From Tubiluchus corallicola (Eukaryota; Animalia; Priapulida): 64,000 nt of DNA. The DNA is taken from assembly GCA_030141605.1 (NCBI GenBank), contig JAQGDQ010000004.1, positions 1,240,001 through 1,304,000 of the forward strand. Direction: 5' to 3'. Below, one piece after another: positions 25,048 to 37,000 of this stretch (the first letter of the stretch is position 1; each line of letters opens with the position of its first letter). Below the pieces are notes generated by a model. The model had not been told where the DNA came from. It worked only from the letters and a program-made list of their open reading frames with translations, and did not search any database. A program made the position numbers and the translations under genes.

Positions 25048-28000
25048 AAGTTGTAACTCAGTTAACTAAGTTCCATGTACACGTGTTTTAAGTGTGTTTT
25101 GTTTTTTCCAGATAGCACCATTCTTATGGAAGAACTTGTTTTTAGTATGTGTTTGGATAATGGCATATTCTTAGTAAGAATTTAGCATTTTGCTATATAT
25201 TTTTGTGTGACAAGCCATGTCACAGCTTATGCACTTAATAATGTTTTGCTTTCTACAAAAGTTTTCTAATCTAGCTGCGAATATAAATGTAGACAGACCA
25301 TTATCAATCTTTTCTTTTTCGTTTTGGGCAGCACTGCTACAATTCACAAGTTTCTCCTTCTCTGTTTTTCTCTATTGCATCCCCCCCCCTTTATCTTATA
25401 GGCTCTGTAGTAAAGAGGATTGCAGCAAGCTAAAATAATAACTAATGGTGCATTCAGACTTGTGAGATCTCTGAGAGTAAACTCGCAAGTGTGAACAGCT
25501 TTGTGAGAGGCTGTCGCGAGTTTTGCTGAGTGTCAACTCATGCTCACTGTTGAAGCGAATTCGTAGCAACTCTTGGAGAGTTTGCAAAAACTTGCCAACG
25601 GAACTTGGAGAGCTGTTCACACTTGCTAGTTTAGTCTCAGAGAAAAAGAAATAAACTGAATGCACTGTAAGACACAAATCTGTCCTCTAAGAATTTTTGT
25701 CTGCGTTTTTGCCCACATATGCATTGTCAAATTTAAAACCTGATTTGCGAAAGGTGTCATGAACTTGTAGTGATGTACATATTTTCTTCATTAAAAGGAC
25801 CTACCCAGAAAAATCGGATGTCTGGGTGGACCAATCCGCTCCTGAAACGTACGAAACACATTGCCAGCCGTCCACTGATGATGTCCTTGCTCAGTGGTCT
25901 CACATTTAGAAAACTGCATGATAAACAGTTAGCACAAAGATAAATTTGTCCAGTTACTCACTTAAATTAGTTGATTATTTTACAAAATTTGACGAAATAT
26001 CGTTTTAAAACGTGTTTCAAGAACTTTTCTGAAAAAAAACGATGATGAAGCTTGGTTCTTACTTTAAAGTTTATTTTGAAAATGAAATAAAGTGTGACAT
26101 TGTGTAGTGATAATTTAAAATAGTTTGGCAACATGTTGCAGTTCAAAATGAAAGCTTCTACTTGTTATAAAAATATTTTCATATCTTAACTTTTAAAAGC
26201 ATTGGCACACATTTTATTATAATTATTATGCCAAATCAACTGCCATCTGAAAAACATGTAATTTCACATTTTAACGCATTTGTTTAACTGAATTTCATTT
26301 GACTTGAATTGAGGCTTTGTCACATGCAATGTATTTGTAATCACTCAGTGCTACTGTGATTTCGAAATCATTGAGCTAATTTTGTGAAAGTTGTTTAAGT
26401 AGGCTGAATAATTTTTTAATTCCAGATGACCGCCCCTTACTTTTTGTTTTAATGATCTGTCAGTGCACTAAAATGATGTGCAGCCTATTTATTTTGCTAT
26501 CTCTAGCAAAAAAACATGAAAATGTTACTGTTTTATGTATTTTTTATTAAAGTTGTTATTTGTTTCAGTGCTCTTGATAACTTGAATTCATTCTGGTGTT
26601 GGATCTTGTCTTGCACAATTATCTGTGCTTCGGCTTTAGTTCAGGTGTTAATTCCAGATTCTTGGTGGCTTTCCACAACTTCAACATTTATTATAATATG
26701 TCAGAGTGGACATATAGGTAACCAGTGGGTATAGTTATATATTATATAGCGTAATTGCAGTTATCCTACTGCTGCAAAAAATGATGTGTTGTTAGCAATA
26801 TTGAGTTTCATTGTGTTGGAAATTTATGATGTAATCAGAAACTATGTACTATGTCTTTGTTACATGTAGTATTGCTTGTGTATTGAACTTCAAAATATTA
26901 TTTCCAATGGGTGTCAGTTACATTAATTACATTTTGTGTGTAATGATGGTGAAGTAACATGCAAAAACACGAAATTGTGCAATTTTTGCTAAAATAGCAC
27001 ATTTTAGCAGTCAGACACTGTCTTTAAAAACGAGTCCGCGAAAGCACCATGCAGAGGGTGGCACATGAAGGGTGATGGAATTTATATCATTTTTTTCTAT
27101 GTAACCATGTAACCAAGATATCAAATCGATCGAGCTACTATTAGCAGAGAAATGACCACATCAAGAAATTGACCTCAAGAGAGGCAAAAAATCGCTATTT
27201 TACGGGGGTTATTTTAACCTTTTCTCCTGTATAAACTATTACAGATGGGTTGATGTAAGTTGGCTGGTACATAGACCCAGGCATTGTCTTCTGATATCCT
27301 AACTTTTTCTGACATACTATTAATAGTATCAGAGAATGGGATTTTTCAAATTCGGCTCTTTGTTAAGAGTCCAGGGAGAGGTTAAGTTGTAAGGCTCATA
27401 ACTCGCCCACTGCGGGTCTACAGAACTTCTGATTTTCATGTATGTCTTAACCATCATCCTCACTAATAATATAAAAAAGAAAATTCGCTGGAGCCTGTTT
27501 CAGTATTTAGTACTGGCACTTTAAAATTTCACAAAAATCAGCAAAATTCGCCTTTTTTGTAGTTTTTCAATCTTTTTTCTATCTATATGCTGGATTATAA
27601 GTGACAAATCTGTATTCTAAATTTCATGAAAACGCACGAGCTGAGATAATATCATGAATGACATTATATAAAGGGGGCACTGTTAGAAAAAATTGCCATA
27701 TCAACACACTTTTTTACTCTCCATAGTAATTCCGTCCATGTGTAAAAAGTAGACATACTTGGCTCATTTCGTATATGACAGTAGACATTTAGCCACGTTT
27801 AACCTGCATTTTCTGTGACTAGTGCTCTCATTTCCTAAGAGCAATCGATTCCTTTGCCATGGAAATTGCTAGAAATTTGCGAATTTCATCTTAAATTGGT
27901 TTAGTTATGTCGGAATTTTCATATGACTACAAATATGAAGAACTGGATCTTCTGATGGATTTCAGGACAGGACATCATGCATGCCCCAGGTACTGAGTCC

Positions 28001-31000
28001 GACCCTAGTGGATACCAGGAAAGACTAACAATAAGCCCTCTAATAGAGAAGAAGTACCGATCGTTAAGATTGAGAGTCATTGCTAGCGAAAGAATCTGAC
28101 AACACTCGGTATATACATATAAAATAGAAATCCATTCATTTTTATACATCCGTCCATTTTTTATGCTTTTTATATGAATAAGCTTCATGGCTATACATAG
28201 AAGATTATGAATATCAGTACAAAAATGAAAAACTACAAAACTCAGTCAGAATTAATTTCTCTAAGTCCAAAATACTGTTCCTATTGTAGCTGCATAATCC
28301 TATCACTGAAGAGAAGTACAAGTAATCAAAACCGTAATATCTAAATAATAGAGAAAGAATTATCGATGCAGGTAGATTATCACTAGAAGATAGATACAGA
28401 AATATAGACAAATTTATCATGGGGAAAGTGATAAAGTGAAAATCTTACAGTCTAAACATGAGACAATATAAGCTTATGGGCCGCTTCTAGGGGGATGGCG
28501 ATGATATTTAGCTCAGAAAACTTTTTTTCGCCCAAAATGTATTTGTGGCAAAAAATATTAATAGTGTGATTGAATGATTACGCCAATGGCACAAAAACTG
28601 TCGATGTTTTACAGTAAAAAAATCACCAGACAAATGACATCAAGTCTGTCCCATATTTTTGGGCATTCGCTCAGATTTAGGGTAATTTTCTTTGTGTCCT
28701 GGCTTGTACGCTTATGTAGGACAATGAGTAATAACTAGGTAATAACCTGTACATAACATTTACAAAGCATAGAAAATAAGCAGTACATAAAGCATTTTCC
28801 AGTCCTTGCAAGAAGCAATTTCCATTCCGTAGATATTACATTTTTTTAAGTTTGGAAGCGCTCTAAATGCGGTCCAGTATCTTTAGTACAGGCTAATAGA
28901 TTCACAATATTCGTTTCGTGCGGATAACTAGTCAGAATACTGCATTTAACGCTGGTAAAGAGCCCAGAAAACGAACATTTTAGTTCAGCAGTGGCCGCCA
29001 TCTTGAATGCTGGAGTCCAATGCATGTCGGTAGTTTAACCAATGTGCTGTCCAGGCCCTTAGTTGCTGAAGATGAATATTTATGATGTTTTGAAGTATTT
29101 TGACAAGATTTGACAACTCATGTTTACCTACACGAAGCTTTTTGATGAACGTTGTTACCTATATTTTCACCCTGATGTATGCCTCTTTCAGGGGTTTTTT
29201 ACAATAGGGTGGAAATTCGCTTCATCGAAATTGTCACTGCTGCATAGTGGGATGGGATGCTCTATTCACATACATATCGATATTTTTGTCCCCTTCCCCG
29301 CAGTGGGTGAGATATAAGACTTTGAAATGACTGAGTATTTGTATCTAGTGCGTAATGCAAGCTTAAAGACCCCCAGTAGAGCCGAAAGAGGGGGGTTTGG
29401 GACAAAAGTCGAAAAGTCATTTTGGAAAAGATAACAAGATCCAATACTGTGCAGAGTCAGATCTATTCAAACTCACTAGTTGCTGCATGACTAATCCTTC
29501 AAATATGAGTAAAAAATAGAGAAAAATAGGCATTTTTTCATGAAAATCGGCCTATGCCGTACCTCTGCTACTATGAGGAGTTGGGCCAAGTGGATTCACA
29601 TAGTGAATACTAGTGACTAGTGAACCTCATACCCGCACTTTGGTCTGAATCGGTTTACCTAACCTTGTGCCGGAATTTTTCGATTTTGCATGGTCTTCTC
29701 GCGGACGCATTCTTAAATTGTTTACGCTAAGAGATGAAAACTGCATAAGCAAAATTTCCATTACTTTTCATGGTTCCTATAATATTGAGTGTTTTAGTGT
29801 GCTACATAACAAATTTGTTGATAATGTGTAAATTTTTTGTCTTTTTTGGGTTGAATGCATTAGTGTTGCAAACGTTGTAGCTTAAGTCAGTTTACTGATG
29901 ATGTCGATTATATGTGATTTGAAAAGTAGATATATTAATTAACCTTTATTAATGATTTCATGCATTTTTTGCTACTTCTTTTTGGCATATAATTCACAAA
30001 TGCAGTGTATTTGTAGTGTACGCATTTAATGCCTTGTATCTTGAGCAAAAGTGATGATTCAACCAACAATTTCATGTTCATTATTGGTGGTGTCTTTCAT
30101 TTCGTATATTTTCAGCAATTGATACAACGAACATAAGTAGCTTAAAATTAGACGTTTGTCAAAAACTAAAGAAAGTGAAATTTGCAGCTGTGAAATGTAG
30201 CAATAATTTGCTGTCTATTAATTTTTTGCCCTGAACTTTATAATCGTTGGAAGTAACTTATTGCACATAGGATTATTTTTTGCCCAAATTTATAATTCTT
30301 AGTTTTTAGGGGATTAAGATTTGAATTTTTAAAGAAGACCTTTATATGGTAATCTGCAAACAAATGCAGCAGCTGTTTAGTCAATAGATTTTTCATTTTT
30401 AGCATGTCAACTGAGAGCAGTAGAAGCATGGAAGAAGAAAGACAGATTTATCTGCCTCAGCAAACTAGCCGCAGCTTATGCGGCCGCTGTTTATATAGCT
30501 CCTCATTATCAGAATTTTGCATCCGTTTTGGCAAAGTACGTTCTATAACCAACATTAAATGTCCTTGTGTTTGTAATTTTGTAGTTGTAAATGAACAGTA
30601 AACTCTTTTAATAAGTGTTTTATGAAAAGAAATTATACTGGACTATAATATCAACATATTATAGAATTGTGTAATTTAGATCAAGACAATTGGTTCTGCT
30701 AGAGTCCATGATTCTCTCTCTCAACTGTATAGCTTTCAGCTTTCTGTTTCGTCCTTTACCTGAATACAAATGTAAGTACTGATGTTTATATCTTAGTTAA
30801 ATATAACTTATATTTCTGGTGGTTGAATTAATTTATATATTTGTGGGTGATTTAGAATCTGCTTTTCAAATTTTTACTTGAATACACTAGGCGCTGCTTA
30901 ATAGACTCATGGCTAATAGACTCGATCGCTTAATTAACCCAAAAACGCTTGGAACAGGCCGCTTCTATTCAAATTTCCATATATAAAAACTGTCGATAAT

Positions 31001-34000
31001 TGACTAAAATAACTCTGTATAATTGACTCAATATTTTTGCTCCATCTGCTTCAATAAGACACTTTTGTGTGACCAATAAGCTTTTATGACTTTTATATCA
31101 TCTTTGTTCGCTTTTGTCCTATAATATACATAGAAAGAATTATGTTAAGTACCTTTTTGTTTGTAAGGAGGAACTTTTATCATATGCTAGCCTAATGGTT
31201 TGCTTTGACCCGTTGGTCCACTGCAATTAACCTTATTACCCAAGAATTCTTGGAAGCTAAACATTTAATCAGTTGCTTTGCCTTTGCTTTTGAAGTTCTG
31301 GCTGTCTTTGCCAGAAAGTTTAATCAGTTAGTTGCTGCAGTTATGCTAGGGACGCAGGTACAGTACAGTAAGTGCATCACAATTATAGCAAACGGGAGCT
31401 GAGGCGAAACTACAGACGACGTTACTTGCGGGGAAACTCGGACACCACCAACTGTTTAAGCACGCCAAGCACAAAGTATTTTACGAGAATTTGTGCATAC
31501 AACAACAGATTTTCAACTTTTTATCATTATTGAGAACTATGTGAGCTAACTTCTTTGCAATAAAATGAAAAAACCAACTTTGAAGGAATTTTTGTAATTT
31601 TTGCAAATAAACAGATTTGTGTAATTAAGAAAAGCATATTTTTAATTTGTTGCTAATTCACTTATATAAAATAATATTTTAGAATATTTTTTCCAATTTT
31701 TAACTGCACGAAGGAATTTATGCATTACTTTGTTTCTGAAATTCATTAACAGTGCATAGTAAACTGGTGACTCATATGTCTACACCAGTAATACTACACC
31801 ATCGGTTAATAGGTTCGGTCAGTTAATTGGGTCAAAACACTTCGGTTCTAAAGTCAGTCTGTTAAGCGGTGCCTACTGCAATTTTTTCTGTGTAATGGGT
31901 GGATTTGTTTATATAATATGCTATTTTCTTGGCATTTTTAGAACAACGTAAGACAAATGACATATCAAACAAACTGCCTTTATATTTCCCAGTCCTATAG
32001 GGGGTCTATTTTTCAATTTTTAGACATCTGAGAGGTTTGAAAAACATCCGAAAATCTGCATTTTTTGCCCATTTTTTGCAAAGCTTGTAGAACTGGGATC
32101 TGACAAATGAGATCATGAGAGACAGGATGCTATGTATCATTGGAAAAAACATTCAACATATTCTAGAGTATAGTAGACAATGTTTGGATTGCCGACGGTT
32201 GTCTAGTATAAGTATGTTTCCTAACCAACCATTCCTGACAAATGACCACTAGAAAAAAAATAATTTTGGAAACTTTTTGATCTCATGGAAAAAACAAGCA
32301 CACTCCTGGAAAGAAGATGAAATGGTCTATAAAGTGTGAGTGTTTCATTTACAGAGATGCCCACTTCACAAAACTGGGAGGGTGTGTTTTAGCAGCAGTG
32401 GTTGCTCATGCAGTTGTTGTTGCTAGTATAGTGTGGGTGGTATAATGTGCTGTGAGTGGTGTGGTGCGAGAGGTGTGGGGTGTATGCCCAAAATTGTTTT
32501 TGCAGGGTGTGCTCTATTTATAGCTAGCATATATTAATTTTGAATGCTTATTGGTGGTTAAATTTTTGGTTCATAGTACTATGTAAACATATTAGGGTGG
32601 ATTTTGCTTTTCAAATTGTTAATAAGAAGTTCCACCAATACTCAGATAACATTTTGATGTGAACTGGCTTGGATGTCAAGGTGCAGACTGGGTTATTTAA
32701 ACTTTATTAGTAATTTAAATGTAATTTAGTCTAACTACGCTCTGCTGGCCAAAGTGTCTTCTGCATTTTTTATTTAATTAGTACTAAGCAAAAGCATTTG
32801 TGCACAGTCTATATTGTAAATATTCTTTATGGCTTCTGCTTAATGCCGTTTTATGGTGCATTCAGAGTAGGGAGTTTTCTGTCGTAAATTTTCTCTTTGA
32901 CTCCTAAGTGGGAACTCCTTTGCGAGTTACTGTCGGTAAGAAAAAAATTTGCAAAGTCTTCGAAAGTTACTGTGAGTTGATTTACTGTTTACAGTGAATG
33001 TCTCGGTGAATTACTCTTTGCACTTCTCGCGACGAACAGCAAAGTTAATGTCAGGTAGCGCTTGCTGTCAGAGAGTAACTCACAGTGCGTTTTGCTTTCT
33101 AGTCTTACACACTTGCGAGTTACTTTGGCGAGTTTATTCGGCAAGAAAACTCGGGAGTCTTATGTGCCATTAGTGATGAATAACACTAATAAAAACTCTT
33201 GGCTGTAAGACAGTAGAATGGTGGGTGATGTCAATCCGTGGAGCAGCTGCACATTCCTGAAAGACAAAGACTACGACTGTTTCAACGTCATGTAGTTATA
33301 GGGAAGTTGAAAAATAACTCATAAATGCACCTTCTCTCACCATTTGTCAAGTGGGCATCTTTCTAAATGAAACATTTACACTTTATAGACCACTTCATCC
33401 ACTTTCCTGGAGCATGCTTATTTTTTCCAAGTCGCCAAACAATTTCAAACATGAATCTCTTTGGGCTGTTTGTGCATTTTTTCAGGAAATTTGGATGGGT
33501 GAGTCTGGGAATTGCTTAGTATAGTGGCCCATAAACCTCTGTAGGAAACCAAACTATGTCTCTTACACCCGGTGTTGAAAGCTTTTTGCAGTGAGTTATA
33601 TAGTACCCATCTCTTTCTTTCGATGTCAGTTTTATGAGTGCAAATGTTTGGAAATTACTACTATTTGGGGGATGCCCTGAATCAAGCAACAAAATGCTAT
33701 GGGACGATGCATGGAGACTGAGATAATTCGTTGGTATATAACTTGTCACGAATCATTCAGCAGTTGCAGAGAAGATAGCTTATTTTATAAATACATAAAT
33801 AATTAATGGTAGGCCTATAAGATTTATGTGGTATAAGAACCGACAATTGTTTAAAACTATTTCATTAGACTTAAACCATGTAATTTTGTCTTTAGAAAAT
33901 AACTTTTATATTCTCAATTTCGAGGCATTTTACATTATGTATCAAAAAGACATTCAGTAACTTTTGCATAGGACAATAGTGTTGACATGCGTTAGGTTGC

Positions 34001-37000
34001 CGAAGTCTTGTTTTTTAGAGGCATTTTACGAAGTATAGCATTAATTATGTTCGATAAACTTAGCTTTTTATACAATGTGATAATTGCCAAAATTTTTGAT
34101 AATGCACATTCTCAAAAAAAATCTTTATTGTCTTACAGCCCTTTCTGGACTATCGTCATTATCGAGTGTTATTCGTGGACTAACAGGCGGTCCATTTTTC
34201 GTGAAAAAATCAGGATTGAGGGACAATCCGGGTAAATTTTTTGGAATACTGAATACAAGTACCTATTTTTAAGTTATATGCACAAATAATAACCAGTCGT
34301 TGGGAGATATGTAATCAGGCTTTTTTCGAATGTAAAAAAATTGTGTACTGAAAACATGTTTGAAACAATTGTGTGCCTAGATCTGATAGTTTGTGTTTCC
34401 TTTGTGTAATAATGTAAACCTACAAGCTTTCCCATGCTTTATAAACTGGGAGAAATGTGAAAAAATGAAGAGTAATTTGATAAATAATGTATGGTTTTTT
34501 ATTAGGTAAATAACTGAATCAAATCAAATTTGTAAGGGACATGTTTGACGTCGTCATGCTAGCCATGCAGTTTTAAGGGAAAACTGGACGACTGTGTAGA
34601 CATTAGTTCAAAATAAAGTATGCTCTAAAATATTGAAAAATACAACCGCTTTTTTAAATCAAAGCTTAGATTAAATAATGACCTCAGATAGTTAAATTTT
34701 GTCAAAATTTCAAAATTAGGTACGGCTCAGCGAATCTACTAAGATTGGCAATGACACCTTTCTGGCACATTCGTGTGGCGGACAAATAGGTGCGGTACTG
34801 TGAGAAACATAATTGTGAACTGTAGTGTTCTTCTGTGACATCAAGTGAAATAGAGCTCATTTACGTGACATCACATTCACATTAGCGTCATAACAATCTT
34901 TGTTTATGTACAACGAGGATGTCTACATTGCACAAACTGTGGTTAATTTGTGATGTAAGCGATAGCTGTGTTCAGTTGCCACAGAAGGTAAAAAATTCAA
35001 ATATTAGAAACAATGTGTAGCTTTTATAGGCAAGAAAATGTATATTTTGGACAGTAAATTACAATGAGTTTGTGTCTAATCAATCGTCTGGTTGTCCTTT
35101 GAAAATTTCGTCTAAATTGTTTTTACTATCACGGTTTGAAGCTTGTAGTCTTTGGTTGTCTTAACATTCTCTTTTTTATATCCTTTGCCTTTTCCTAGTG
35201 TTTATGCCTTTTACAGATGCAAACTGGAAAAAGGCTGTACTTTTAACTTTCCTGCGTTTTATCTGTGAAATACCTATCATGCTTGCTATAACCGTATTTC
35301 CCGTAATTTGCCAACAAGAGTTTAACCTGAATTTTAAAACGACCTCCAGTCTCCTTTATGCAGGACATATTATTAACGTGGTAAGTTAATAAGCTTCCAT
35401 GTTGTTTCTACCTTGCTTTAGCCACTTGGCAGACTAAAACTTTTGATTAATATAACTATAGATTTATGGGATGAAACAAAGAATGTTTTTGCATGGTTCA
35501 ACTTGAAAAAATTATTTTGAGCAAAAGTGTTTATCACGTGTTTTTCGATTCTCATTTGGCCACTGAATCTACAGGACAGCACGAATAGTAACAACTGAAC
35601 TATTAAAACACTGGTCATTTTAGAAAGTTGTGATGCTTCTAAATACGTGTAATATTTTGTTCCTTAAGCCGCACATTATCCTTGATATTGAACCCAGGTT
35701 TACCATATCTAACTCTCTATTAAGTGCTTAGTTATGGCTTTGCAGTGTGCTAAACTGATGTCTGATGTTTATAATTGTTTTCTCGCTACTTAAAAAGGCA
35801 ATTTATATTTCTTTCCAACATTATTGGAGAGACAGTTGGTTTATTGCAAATGTTAATCTCTTGTTAATTTATATTCTTATAGGTGCTTCTGGGACTTGTA
35901 CTTCCAAAGCTTGCAGAGAAGATTGAAATAACATCTGTAGCAAAAGTTATGATGTTTTTGCTTGCATGGTCTTTCACACGGATGGTATGATTATTCGTTG
36001 TTTAATCTTAAAAAATAACAAATAGAACTAATTATTAAGGGCTGTGGGACAACAATTATATATAATTGGTCAAAGAATATATTAAACTAGGCAAGGGAGT
36101 AAAATTCTGAATAACGTTTTTACATATACACACTATGTAAAAAGCAAGCGACAGGTCACATTTAGTTTTGATAATTCTATTTATTTCATTAAATCACTAC
36201 CATACATTACCAATATTGTATGATGACAGAAATATTCTACAAAGCACATTTAGTACAGGGGCAAATGTACTAAAAACCTTTAAACCTGGAATCGAACCTT
36301 CAAACCTTACTTTGTTATATTATATATGCCTGTAATCCCTAGGGCATAAGGTTTGTAAAAAAGTTTCGTGGACATTTTTTCAAAGTCATTAAAGCCTTTA
36401 AAGGCAACTCTCATTCTGTCAGCATAGTTAGTCGGTTTATGTGTATATTTCATGCTATAGCCCCAACATTGGCATTCTCCGCCCCCAATTTATGTACCAA
36501 ATGAAAGGTCTTGATCAACTTTCTTTTCATTAATGCTTTTTTTAATCGGAGCAACTGGAAGAGGACAAAAAAAACTGCCAAAATGCAACCTCTTGCTCAC
36601 ACTTAATTTTTATATTACGGCAGACCAAGATTGCACTGAGCAAGCTGATAATGGTTGGATAGCCTATTCAGTGGAAAGTGTAGTAGATATAGTTTGGTTT
36701 TCCGAGAGGCCTAGTGCTTTCCGCAATCAGTATTTTTCCAAACCAAGCCACTCAATTTTTTATGAAAAAGCTCACAAACAGCCTCCTGTAAAAATATTTT
36801 TGAAACTGTAGGGATGCCTCGAAAAAAATAAGCACATCCCGAAAAGAGGAGGAAATGGCCTCAAGGTGTAAACGCTTTGTTTACGGCGATGTTCACCTTT
36901 CAACGGGAGAGCTTCACCTCACGAAATGGGATGGTGTATTACACAAATCTTTTTCAACCCTCGTGCTGCATACATACTTTTACATACTGTATGGAATACC

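Noticed and set aside
25845-25915. GAAAC and CTGATGA hammerhead-like words
   Set aside because: The required helices cannot be formed in any permutation.
30404-30601. Track ORF MSTESSRS... as a separate gene
   Set aside because: It is an alternative frame over MFS exon 30403-30535; the spliced frame fits both neighbouring exon phases.
31942-31947. 6-nt microexon AACAAC between AG and GTAAG
   Set aside because: Inclusion after the phase-1 T creates an immediate TAA, and such a short match is expected by chance.
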